This document shows positions 1 to 9,198 of a stretch of 41,194 nucleotides of DNA, piece after piece. The stretch lies in assembly GCA_937916415.1 (NCBI GenBank), contig CALGGH010000237.1, positions 1 through 41,194 on the forward strand, written 5' to 3'. Numbering within the stretch: position 1 is the stretch's first letter; the number at the start of each line of letters is the position of its first letter. Below the pieces are notes generated by a model. The model did not search any database, had not been told where the DNA came from, and worked only from the letters and a program-made list of their open reading frames with translations. The stretch is from an uncultured Lachnospiraceae bacterium (lineage in GTDB: Bacteria; Bacillota; Clostridia; Lachnospirales; Lachnospiraceae). A program made the translations under genes and the position numbers.

Positions 1-14
1 TGCTCTTCCGATCT
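1..14 (+). other. Illumina TruSeq adapter remnant (assembly artefact)
   Basis: TGCTCTTCCGATCT equals the 3' end of the TruSeq read-2 adapter (...GTGTGCTCTTCCGATCT) and sits at base 1. Confidence 0.85.
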
Positions 15-17
15 ATG

Positions 18-55
18 CGTAACTGTCAGAACCCAGGGGGTTCTGAACAGTTACG
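18..55. repeat. REP-like inverted repeat
   Basis: CGTAACTGTCAGAACCC-agg-GGGTTCTGAACAGTTACG: near-perfect hairpin with a one-base bulge. Confidence 0.6.
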
Positions 56-223
56 ACATGGTTTTATGAAGTCGTGAGCATAGACGGAGATTATGCGAAT
101 CTGCGGCGCATTGACGTGGAATCGGATGACCTGAAGCTGGTGGCGAGAGCACTTTTGTCGCCTGAGCTCACTGAGGGCAGCAGACTGAAATATGAGATGA
201 TGACGTATACATTGGAGAAATAG
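56..223 (+). CDS. Small conserved Clostridiales protein, 5'-incomplete
   Basis: Manual translation TWFYEVVSIDGDYANLRRIDVESDDLKLVARALLSPELTEGSRLKYEMMTYTLEK*. There is no start codon after the in-frame TGA at 44-46. It resembles a small Lachnospiraceae family (recalled, not searched). Confidence 0.55.
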   Translation, partial: TWFYEVVSIDGDYANLRRIDVESDDLKLVARALLSPELTEGSRLKYEMMTYTLEK

Positions 224-308
224 AAAAAAACATTCTGCGTGAAATGACTTGGTAATTCTGTTACAGTTCCTTAGGAGAAGGGGCATTAAGCATGTCAGAG
301 AGGTTACT

Positions 309-799
309 ATGAGGAAGCTAAAAGGACATAAGCCGAATAGGTTCTTTGCAGCTTTTAGCATGCTGTTCATCATGACATTTCTGCCGCCTATGATAATTAA
401 GGCAGCACCAACGGATAGCGAATCCTCGTTCCGGGTTGAATTCATCGACGTGGGACAGGGGGGATGCAGCTCTCATTAAGTGTGACGGTCATTACATGCT
501 CATAGACGGCGGGCCGGCTAATGCATCGTCGACCATCTATACAATACTCAGCCAAAACAGGATCAAGAAGATTGACGTGATCATAGCCACACACCCGGAC
601 GGAGATCACATAGGCGGACTCTCCGGCGCGCTAAACTATGCGTCAGTCAACCTGTCGTGACTCCAACTGACGGATCTGCGGTTGCTACGGATCAAAACCG
701 GAAATCTACAGGCTCTCACTCCTACGTCAGGACGTGGATATGTCCCGGGAAGAGATCATCGCGCTGGGTTACGATCCATGCGGAAACTGTCACCCTTGA
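309..799 (+). pseudogene. ComEC/Rec2-like metallo-beta-lactamase-fold hydrolase, frameshifted and internally deleted
   Basis: Signal peptide, then FIDVGQG|DAALI broken by a 6-G run at 458-463, then LIDGG and THPDGDHIGG. Stop at 660. The typical C-terminal EEIIALGYDPCGNCHP* (Ada-like metal-binding tail) survives at about 750-799. Confidence 0.8.
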
Positions 800-888
800 A
801 TAAGAGTGGAAAGGGATGCCGATAATGGATTCTGATATGATGAAATATATAAGGATACGATGCCGTTATCAGTTATGATGCGGGCAAC

Positions 889-2115
889 TTACCACGCATT
901 ATCCAGCATGCTCTTAAAGGCTTCTGAATTGTCAATAGACCGACTTTCGTTCTGCATTATTGCGATAATGTTCATATTGGAGGCCTTGCTATTATAAAAA
1001 ATCGCATAGTATCCGGTTACCGCATAACTCTGCAGATTCTGAAAACCTTCATTTTGATATCCGGATACTTCATAGAGGTGAGCATTGTATCCTGCAATGT
1101 TGATTTCATTAAATGATCCTATACTGACGTCATCATAAAATCTTGCTGCAAATGACCTGACTTTGTCCATTTCAGAGTCATCGGCCGCCTGATCAGCCTG
1201 GCTTGTACGATAAAACAGAATGCTGGCACTATAATCAGTCTGCGCATCAACATCTATGAATACTGAACAATCATTGCCCAAAAAATCATAATCGTCAAAA
1301 TCAGCATATGTTTTTGGAACCACGTAGCTAATGCCATCCATTTCATATGTGATGGTGCCGTCAATATTCAGAGTACCTTTTGGATCATATGTCGTAAGCT
1401 TTCTGGTCAGATATTCCTCCGGAGATACGTTAACCTTTGTAAATACCTCAGGATTCCAATTAATGCTGTCAGACTTGAAAATCAGTTCGTCAGCATTTAT
1501 GTCGGCATATATGGTGCAATGTAGCCTGGCCAGAGCAATGTAAACACGATCATCTTCTACGTACCATGGACATTGCAGGTCGGTATATTGTTTTTGAATG
1601 CAATAGTAATATGCCATGCCATCGGAATCTATCACAAGGGCTTCGTGATCATCGCCCGTATATACTCCGGAGACATCGACTTCCCCTGTTTTTTCTTCTG
1701 AATCATCTACGGAATCATTATCTGCTTCTTTCTCATCATCAGCTTCTTTTTGCTGATGGCCGTCGGATTCGTCAGCGGGTGATTCATTGAAATCCTGAGA
1801 GATTAGACTGGGTTCGGAGACTGATTCTTCATTGACAGTTTCCGCATCTTCATCATAGGATTCGGTAGTTTCAGTTGCGACATTCTGAATTATGGATGCA
1901 TGAGTGAATCCTTTTTTGATCCTGACTGTGGCAACAATTGCCGTAATAACTACTACGGCAATGCCTAAAAACATTAATGTCTGCTTATCAATATGCTTTT
2001 TCTGTTTTGATTTGCTTACCTCAAAATATGTCCCTAAATCAAAACCGCAGTCCGGACATGTCTGACACTGGTCAGAACATCTTATTCCGCATTTTGGACA
2101 GTTGATTAACCGCAT
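889..2115 (-). CDS. Zinc-ribbon single-pass membrane protein with acidic linker and C-terminal PsbP/DcrB-like domain
   Basis: N-terminal CPKC..CPDC, TM segment LMFLGIAVVVITAIVATV, D/E-rich linker; GAGG RBS upstream. Confidence 0.85.
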   Translation of the reverse strand: MRLINCPKCGIRCSDQCQTCPDCGFDLGTYFEVSKSKQKKHIDKQTLMFLGIAVVVITAIVATVRIKKGFTHASIIQNVATETTESYDEDAETVNEESVSEPSLISQDFNESPADESDGHQQKEADDEKEADNDSVDDSEEKTGEVDVSGVYTGDDHEALVIDSDGMAYYYCIQKQYTDLQCPWYVEDDRVYIALARLHCTIYADINADELIFKSDSINWNPEVFTKVNVSPEEYLTRKLTTYDPKGTLNIDGTITYEMDGISYVVPKTYADFDDYDFLGNDCSVFIDVDAQTDYSASILFYRTSQADQAADDSEMDKVRSFAARFYDDVSIGSFNEINIAGYNAHLYEVSGYQNEGFQNLQSYAVTGYYAIFYNSKASNMNIIAIMQNESRSIDNSEAFKSMLDNAW

Positions 2116-2212
2116 TTTTTATGAAACCTCGTAAATTCCCACCTGTACGGTGTGGGTATCTCACGGCGATGGTTGATATAATTGGGCGTAGAAATACATC
2201 CATGTGAATGTG

Positions 2213-2923
2213 TCATGTGCACTTTGACAGGCATTTTTTTAGGTGTTCAGCTGAGGCAAAACGATCCCTTGGATTAATCTGCAGGCACTTATCCAGCACT
2301 GACTGCAGCCTGGAAGAGACCTTTGCCCGACCGGAATCCGGGTTCAGCAGATTTTTTATGAGATTTCCGACTGCATAAATGTCCGTCTGACAGGTGGAAT
2401 TCCCAAATCCAAACTGTTCGGGAGCCGCATAACCTTCGGTACCAAGCAGCCTGGTGTCGCGCTCCTTTTCATCTTGACTGATCCTTGCGGCGTTTAAGTC
2501 AAGCAGGATGATCCTGGAGTCCTCGGTAAGCATTATGTTTGAGGGCTTGACGTCGCGGTGTATGATAGACGGCGACTGACCGTGCAGTTCAGAAAGTATA
2601 TCGCACAGCTTGATCGCGTAATCTACCACTTCGGGTTCGGAAAATGATACGCCCATGTCAAGAACTTCCTGCAGAGTTTCCCCGGAGACGTATTCCTCTA
2701 TTACGGTCAGCACGTCATCCTTTTCATACATGGCGTAGATTCGTGGAGTATGAATTACCGGATGCCTGAATAATTGTTCAAAAACGGCCGGATTGTATAC
2801 CGTAAGAACCTTCTTTACATAGATTTTACGGGTTTCAACGTGCTGAACGATATAAACCTTATGATCTTCATTTAGAGTTGCGATTTCCTTGTAATAAGAA
2901 ACCGGCAATATGCTGTCAAACAT
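2213..2923 (-). CDS. Soluble Hanks-type Ser/Thr protein kinase
   Basis: YVKK, HRDVKPSN, DLN (at the DFG position), GTEGYAAPE and DIYAVG motifs. ATG at 2923 with GAGGTGG RBS. No TM segment. Confidence 0.92.
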   Translation of the reverse strand: MFDSILPVSYYKEIATLNEDHKVYIVQHVETRKIYVKKVLTVYNPAVFEQLFRHPVIHTPRIYAMYEKDDVLTVIEEYVSGETLQEVLDMGVSFSEPEVVDYAIKLCDILSELHGQSPSIIHRDVKPSNIMLTEDSRIILLDLNAARISQDEKERDTRLLGTEGYAAPEQFGFGNSTCQTDIYAVGNLIKNLLNPDSGRAKVSSRLQSVLDKCLQINPRDRFASAEHLKKCLSKCT

Positions 2924-2973
2924 AAACCACCTCGCAAAACGGTACGTAATTAAGTATAACACAGGAGTGATTT

Positions 2974-3435
2974 ATGTATAAAAAGGATACTGAGGATTTG
3001 GAGAAAATACTTGAACATACCCATCCGGGTAAGTTTGATATTTTTCTTGATGAAAATGAGGAAGATCTGTTAAGCAGAGACCGTGATTTCATGAGGTATA
3101 TGAACGCCAGGTTTAAGGAAAAAGGGCTGTTCAAGCAGGATGTTCTGCTACAGGCTGATATTTCGCAGGGTTACGGATATAAGTTGCTGACCGAGGAAAA
3201 AATCACCCGGCAGAGGGATGTAATTCTAAGAATCTGTTACGCGGCAAGATTTACTCTCCGGGAAACGCAGAGAGCCCTTGAAATATATCATATGGATAGG
3301 CTGTATGCCAGGGATTCCAGGGACGCGTTGATCATGACTTTCTTTAATGAACGCCCCGGTAGCATCCTTGACATAAACGAAATTCTGCTCAAAAACAAAA
3401 TGCTTCCACTAAAATCCAGTGGAGTACAGGAATGA
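2974..3435 (+). CDS. XRE-like helix-turn-helix protein (paralog 1)
   Basis: KQDVLLQADISQGYGYKLL HTH-like segment followed by RD..LRIC...L.ET..AL....LY.RD.RDA; AGGAG RBS. Confidence 0.75.
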   Translation: MYKKDTEDLEKILEHTHPGKFDIFLDENEEDLLSRDRDFMRYMNARFKEKGLFKQDVLLQADISQGYGYKLLTEEKITRQRDVILRICYAARFTLRETQRALEIYHMDRLYARDSRDALIMTFFNERPGSILDINEILLKNKMLPLKSSGVQE

Positions 3436-3454
3436 TTCAAAGAGGGAGGATGTG

Positions 3455-4760
3455 ATGGTGCTTATTATCTGTCCGGAATGCGGAAAAGAAATATCTGATC
3501 AGTCACCTGCCTGCATTCACTGTGGGTATGTTCTGCATCCGGAGTCATTGGGAGATGCAACTGTCGGTTCAAAGAAGGTAAGTGTTGAAAGAATCAGAAA
3601 ACCACTTATTATCGTGGGAACGGTATTTGCCATCGTTGCGGTAGCCTTGCCGGTGTATTTTATGAACTTCACGATTTCAGCTAAGTATGATAAGGCAGAC
3701 AGGGCATTTGAAAGGGGAGATTACGAAAAGGCCGTCAATTACTACACTGTCGTTGGTGATTATAAGAATGCCGCTACGAAGCTTGATGAAGCAACCACTT
3801 TGTATAATTATACCGCGGGTAAGTCTGCGCTTGAAAACAATGACTGGCTAAAGGCAAAGTAACATTTGGCTTTATGCATTGAATATGAGGATTCGTCGGA
3901 TCTTATACAGCAGGCAGATTTCAATTATGCCGTTTCCCTTATGGATGAAGGGAACTATTCTGATGCCAAGGCAATTCTTGTAGGCATAAAAGATTATTCA
4001 GGAGCCCAGGATAAGATCTATGAGTGTGAGTATAATCTAGGTTTGGCATCGCAGGACAAGGGGGATTACCTTGCCGCCGCCAAAAGCTACAGGGCCTCTT
4101 CTGGATTTCATGATGCAAATGATCGGATAATGACAATGGGAGAGCAGTTAGTTGAAAAACAGGATTACTCCACCGCTTGGGTTCATTATATTCTGAACAC
4201 CCGGAGTCAAATAATGTTTCTTCCAATAAGGCAGCCAGATATGCAGAAGGGCAGACATGTCTAAGCCGAAAGGACAATAAGGGTGCTTCAACTGCCTTTC
4301 AGGCTGCATCAGGATATATGGATTCCGATGATCTGTTTAAGTCAGCCACATATGATTATGCAACCTCACTGTTTCATGCAAAGGACTATGACACGGCAAA
4401 AACCTGGTTTTCACGAATATCTGGATATAAGGATTCAACAGACATGATAAACGGATGTCTGCTTCTGAACGTTAGGGATATGATAGAGTCCGGCAACCTG
4501 CACTCGGCTGAAACCGCACTGAATTCTATGGGCGAAGATGTCAAATACGATGATTATTCAGTGCAGGATTACAAGGAATTGCTTACAAAAAACGCCAAAT
4601 GGGTTAATCTGTGCGGAAGGTGGACTTCCACCGGTGGACAGATGCGTTCGACTCAAAGATCACTGTAAATTATAAAAAGGTGGATAAGAACCAGGACGTA
4701 TATTTCGATTACGTATACAAAACCGATGTTACGTATGGAAAACGTATATCTGATTATTGA
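3455..4760 (+). pseudogene. Zinc-ribbon membrane protein with TPR-like repeats, disrupted
   Basis: CPECGKEISDQSPACIHCG, TM, then repeated G.Y.DA/S helical units. In-frame TAA at 3860, frame change near 4177, second break near 4655; the apparent C-terminus ...VTYGKRISDY* ends at 4760. Confidence 0.8.
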
Positions 4761-4860
4761 ATACCTGCTTACTTGTGTGGGGAGGAGAGTAATCCCCTTT
4801 ATATTTTTGCTTTGGAAGTGATATAGTATACAGTAAATCCGCATAAGGAGAACTGTGTCA

Positions 4861-5364
4861 ATGAAACCAAAGTCTACAAATGAATTAAACGCCATTCTGG
4901 AGAACACGCATCCGGATCAGCTGGGCGAATATATAAAAGCGAATCGCTCCGATCTTATTGACGGCAGCAAGTCATTCTACTACTACATGAAGGATACCCT
5001 TGCAAAAAAGAAGATCAGGTTAAAGGATGTTTATTCCCTTGCCGGCGTGACTGAATCATACGGCAGTAAGATCATTACCATGGAAAAGCATACAACCAAC
5101 AGGGATCTGATCATCCGATTCTGCATTGTCGGTCACTTTACAAAAGAAGAGGCAAATAAAGCTCTGAAACTATATGGATTTAATGAACTGTATCCCAGGG
5201 ACATGCGTGATGCCTGCATAATTTCGGCACTGAACTTTGGAAAAAACAGATTGTGCGATGTAGATGATCTCCTACGGGAGAATAATCTGAGAATAATCAC
5301 GGAAGACGCAGAGGAAAATGATAGAAGTGGAAATAGCCGACATTTTCTTACTATCTCCAGATAA
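4861..5364 (+). CDS. XRE-like helix-turn-helix protein (paralog 2)
   Basis: Collinear with 2974-3435 (ILENTHP vs ILEHTHP, RDLIIRFC vs RDVILRIC, LYPRDMRDA vs LYARDSRDA); TAAGGAG RBS. Confidence 0.8.
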   Translation: MKPKSTNELNAILENTHPDQLGEYIKANRSDLIDGSKSFYYYMKDTLAKKKIRLKDVYSLAGVTESYGSKIITMEKHTTNRDLIIRFCIVGHFTKEEANKALKLYGFNELYPRDMRDACIISALNFGKNRLCDVDDLLRENNLRIITEDAEENDRSGNSRHFLTISR

Positions 5365-5399
5365 TATGTTTTCTACAAAATGTTTGTTGCATGAATATG

Positions 5400-5436
5400 T
5401 CACATTCCCACCATATTGGTGGGGATGTGATTTTTT
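5400..5436 (+). terminator. Rho-independent terminator
   Basis: TCACATTCCCACCA-tat-TGGTGGGGATGTGA followed by TTTTTT. Confidence 0.7.
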
Positions 5437-5591
5437 GTGTGATGATAAAGTATACATATGGGCGTATAGCTGCGGGGTTACGCAACGTGATCAAAAAGTG
5501 ATTTGAAGTCCAGGCGTGTAATGCTTACATGAAATTCTGTGGGCATAGTGAATAACCTCATAACCTGATGGGAGACAGGAGGAGCATTTAA

Positions 5592-5807
5592 ATGAGACAT
5601 GAAATTGAAGACATGATTGAACGCACTCAGAAAACAAAGGAAGCAAGCCGTCTCGTCATGGCCATGGCATCCGATCTTGTAAACCAGTATGGCAAAGATC
5701 CACTGATGCGCCGACTGATCGAGGTCAATTGCAGGACGGTTGAGATCATGGAGAGGTTTGAGCAAACCATGACCTATTACAATGAGCATCCGGAAACAGA
5801 CTCATGA
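5592..5807 (+). CDS. Small helical hypothetical protein (71 aa)
   Basis: Strong AGGAGGAG RBS and a plausible amphipathic sequence. Confidence 0.6.
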   Translation: MRHEIEDMIERTQKTKEASRLVMAMASDLVNQYGKDPLMRRLIEVNCRTVEIMERFEQTMTYYNEHPETDS

Positions 5808-5882
5808 CAATAGAGCATTACATCCTAAAAACGGATGACTCCGCTAAAACAAAGTGAAAACCAGGAACAGAGGAGGTTCATT

Positions 5883-7196
5883 ATGGCATTTTGTGGCAAA
5901 TGTGGGACTGAAAATCCCGATGGTAACAAGTTTTGCGCGGCTTGCGGCGCGGAACTGGTAACGGTGCAGACACCGCAGCAAGCACGGCAAGCAAATATGG
6001 ATGAAGTGAAACAATCATATACCCAGTCACAGGCGTATGCACAGCAGCCGGTGCAGAACGAACCGATAAAGACGGAAGAACGGAAGAGATCCTTCGTATG
6101 GACTATAGTGGCAGTGGCTGCCATTGTTATGGCCGGTGCATCGTGGTTTGTTGATGGCATTCCGCTGACGATTTTTCTTGTGGTAAGCGCACTTGTGTTG
6201 TCGATCTTATCACTGGTCAAGCGGGCACGGTTTAGGGTGATTTCCATTATTGCGGTTATCATATCGGGGTTGTTATCTGTTCTCTGGATCATACAGGGCA
6301 TTATCGATTTTACCGGGAAGGGATCCTACGCGGAAAAGACAGTTGAAATCGGAAACATCCAATACACCATCCCCGGATATTTTCAGGAGCCGGATGATGA
6401 AGGGGGGGATATGCTGGTATACGCCTTTGAAACATCGAAGGATCAGGGCGGATTTATAGATTTTATTTACAGGAATATGTATGATGATGACGGAGAAACG
6501 GCTACGGCTATTGCATCACATCAGGCCCTGTTGCAGACAAATCAGACACAAGTGGATGCGGCAGTGGATAGAATGCTGTTTGACGCGATTGAGGCAGGCC
6601 TTGATAATATTAATGGGCAGGATGAAGCATTTGTAAAAGAAATACAGATTGCAGGCTTCCCCGGAAAGGAATTCCGGTTTACCGTTAATCAGGATGGCAT
6701 GGATCTGAATGGTTTGCTTGTGGCATCGTTTGACATACATACAGGTGACATGTACTGTGTGGTAATGTGCGAGACTGTTGATTCAACAGAGAATAAGATA
6801 GCTGATTTTGATAAGATAGTTGAATCTGCCAAGCTTATGGGAGGTCCTGCAGAGACCTCGGTGACATCTTTCGGTGGCGGAGAAAAGAATGGTGCCGATC
6901 CATCGCAAAAACCAGGCTTGTCCTCTACCACCGGAGTGGATCCGGAACTAAAGACAGCACTTGATGAATACGAATCCTTTATGAACGACTACTGTGACTT
7001 TATGAAAAAGTATGCGGAGAACCCTGCAAATGCAATATCCATGCTTTCAGACTACACGGAGATGCTGAACAGGTATACGGAATTTGCCTCCAAGATCGAT
7101 AATCTTGATACGAGCAATATGTCGACGGCGGACTATGAATACTACCTGGACGTATTAAACAGAGTAGAGAAGAAGCTGCTGCAGGTTACCCAGTAG
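5883..7196 (+). CDS. Zinc-ribbon multi-pass membrane protein with PsbP/DcrB-like domain and C-terminal helical domain (DUF6591-like)
   Basis: MAFCGKCG..CAACG, three hydrophobic segments, C-terminal VDPELKTALDEYESFMNDYCDFMKKY helical bundle; GAGGAGG RBS before ATG 5883. Confidence 0.85.
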   Translation: MAFCGKCGTENPDGNKFCAACGAELVTVQTPQQARQANMDEVKQSYTQSQAYAQQPVQNEPIKTEERKRSFVWTIVAVAAIVMAGASWFVDGIPLTIFLVVSALVLSILSLVKRARFRVISIIAVIISGLLSVLWIIQGIIDFTGKGSYAEKTVEIGNIQYTIPGYFQEPDDEGGDMLVYAFETSKDQGGFIDFIYRNMYDDDGETATAIASHQALLQTNQTQVDAAVDRMLFDAIEAGLDNINGQDEAFVKEIQIAGFPGKEFRFTVNQDGMDLNGLLVASFDIHTGDMYCVVMCETVDSTENKIADFDKIVESAKLMGGPAETSVTSFGGGEKNGADPSQKPGLSSTTGVDPELKTALDEYESFMNDYCDFMKKYAENPANAISMLSDYTEMLNRYTEFASKIDNLDTSNMSTADYEYYLDVLNRVEKKLLQVTQ

Positions 7197-7450
7197 AATT
7201 AACGGGGCATAAAATAGGATCGGGTGACATCATCTCGGCTATATATTTTTGCAAGGGATGGTGAGGCGTATGATAGTTGATGGGACACATATAAATGGAA
7301 TCGTGAATATGGCATTTGTTGTAGATAAAGCTTTTGGGCTGTACTATAATAATAATTTATAGAAGCATAACCAAAAATATATTAAAAAGCGTAGGCTTTA
7401 TCAGTATTTACACCGCCTTGAGGTCTGGAAGGTTTGAGTAATAGTAGGAG

Positions 7451-7573
7451 ATGCGTAAGAAAATATATGAGATAATTGAAGTATCAAGGGACAATGATAA
7501 GCTTACATCGACGACTGACGACAGCGACGCTTCTGTGAATCCAGACAAGCAAAATGGCAAGATTATTTCGTGA
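7451..7573 (+). pseudogene. Ion transporter (K+ channel-like) N-terminal remnant
   Basis: AGGAG RBS, then MRKKIYEIIEVSRDNDKLTS, resembling the N-terminus of Clostridiales ion transporters (recalled); stops after 40 aa. Confidence 0.45.
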
Positions 7574-7614
7574 CAGTTCCTTAGCATGGCCTGGGTGGAA
7601 ATGAACAGCAGGCT

Positions 7615-7956
7615 ATGGAAATAGTTGCGCGTGAGAAACAGCAAAGCATGGAAAAAACACTTAATCTTGTAGAACAAATGCCCAATGTAGTTGTTTCGCC
7701 CGCGGATACGACTCCATCCATGAAGAAGACAGCGGTATCATTTTTAAGCGGATTCATCAATCACGGATTTGATGCATACATCAAAGAAAATATGGTATAC
7801 AGAATTGACGAAATAAGAGAGATAATAATCCCCATTGCCATTAGAATTAAGAGAAAGGGTAAAACGGGAAAGGATTCCATTGTATGCAGCAGTTTGATCA
7901 AAGTAGTCAAACATATGAGGAGAATTATTTTATGCATGCAGAGGGAAGCCGTATAA
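7615..7956 (+). CDS. Hypothetical protein or gene fragment
   Basis: 113-aa ORF with no recognised motif; overlaps the next gene's start. Confidence 0.25.
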   Translation: MEIVAREKQQSMEKTLNLVEQMPNVVVSPADTTPSMKKTAVSFLSGFINHGFDAYIKENMVYRIDEIREIIIPIAIRIKRKGKTGKDSIVCSSLIKVVKHMRRIILCMQREAV

Positions 7957-8393
7957 TCGGAAACGTAACGCTTGGACGGGACAGCAGCGTCTGGTACAAT
8001 GCCGTGATCAGAGGTGATGAGGATCGAATTACAATAGGTGAGCGGACAAACATTCAGGATAACTGCGTGTTGCACGTGGACAGGGGCTTTCCCATGGATA
8101 TCGGATCGGACGTAACGGTAGGACATGGAAGCATACTTCATGGCTGCAGCGTGGGCAATAATACGCTGATCGGAATGGGCAGCATAGTTCTAAATGGAGC
8201 AAGGATAGGCAGTAACTGTGTTATAGGTGCCGGAACCCTGATCACGCAGAATAAGGAAATACCGGACGGAATGCTGGCATTTGGCAATCCTGTGAACATA
8301 GTAAGGCCGCTTACCGATGATGAGATCAGGCAGGTCGGGGCATCTGCTGAACACTATGTCCTTGAAGCGAAGAAAGCCATTGAACAGGCGTGA
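7932..8393 (+). CDS. Gamma-carbonic-anhydrase family hexapeptide-repeat protein (YrdA/PaaY-like)
   Basis: SVWYNAVIRGD, TNIQDNCVLH, VTVGHGSILHGC, LIGMGSIVLNGA; GAGGAG RBS. Confidence 0.93.
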   Translation: MHAEGSRIIGNVTLGRDSSVWYNAVIRGDEDRITIGERTNIQDNCVLHVDRGFPMDIGSDVTVGHGSILHGCSVGNNTLIGMGSIVLNGARIGSNCVIGAGTLITQNKEIPDGMLAFGNPVNIVRPLTDDEIRQVGASAEHYVLEAKKAIEQA

Positions 8394-8399
8394 GGCATC

Positions 8400-8981
8400 G
8401 ATGCGGATATGATCTGAAGGTGAAGTATTAAACACCGAATCCGTGCTGTTAACCTGAGGAACGGAAAAGATGGCCTCATTTTCATGCTCGCGCATCAACA
8501 TAATGAAGAATTTCAATATGTTTGCCTCGATCATCTGTTCGCTGTATTTAGGTCGGTCTGACCATTCCCGATAAGACTCCAGAACCAATTCGCATAGATC
8601 ATCATCGCCCTTACAGCGCCAAAGGATATAACTCCCTTCCATGTTGTAGATCGCATTTGAAAACACCACTGACAAGTAATTTCACTTGTTAAGCAACTGG
8701 GAAAAAACGGCATCAAAAGTCGTCACCCTGATAAAAAAATCCAGGATAATGCTGTTGTCATCATGTGTTTTAAAGCAATGATCAAATTTGGGTGGGCAAA
8801 GGATGATATCGCCATCATTGAGCGGCAGGTTGCCGGATCGGGTTATCATCACGCTTCCGGAACTCTTTAGCACGTAGTTGATCTCTATGAACTGGTGGGA
8901 GTGTAACAACAGTGGCATGTATCTCAGATTCTTTCGCATGGTCACGTTTTCCTGCGGCATAAGAAAGAAGTCCTCCCTGAC
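8400..8981 (-). pseudogene. AraC-family regulator remnant (cupin domain, HTH lost)
   Basis: LHSHQFIEINYV...GDIILCPPKFDH cupin motif; in-frame TGA at 8682-8684; no C-terminal HTH. Confidence 0.7.
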
Positions 8982-8994
8982 TTAAAAAGCATTT

Positions 8995-9198
8995 TTGTCC
9001 AGGAAGACAAATGCCCCCTTCGTTCTTGATCAGGATGAACATGATAAGATCATAAACAGGATGGAAGCCTTCATAAAAGAATCCGGAACTCAAAAAGCGA
9101 TACATATTACGCTGATAAGCGGAAACAGACATAAACGGAATAAATACTCCGGGATATTACAAAACGTCATTTCCGGAGAGGAACTGTTTGTGCAGTAA
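8995..9198 (+). pseudogene. C-terminal fragment of an AAA/archaeal-type ATP-binding protein
   Basis: KAIHITLIS...NKYSGILQNVISGEELF resembles the C-terminus of that family; no RBS or N-terminal part. Confidence 0.55.

Noticed and set aside
458..463. G6 tract as a phase-variation switch
   Set aside because: The tract is short and the gene is also internally deleted, so reversion would not restore it.
797..825. GCCGATAA as a sigma-28 -10
   Set aside because: No TAAA at the right spacing and no sense gene downstream.
3860..3862. In-frame stops (also TGA at 8682) as recoding or an alternative genetic code
   Set aside because: Both genes carry further lesions, and TAA/TGA end normal genes in this window.
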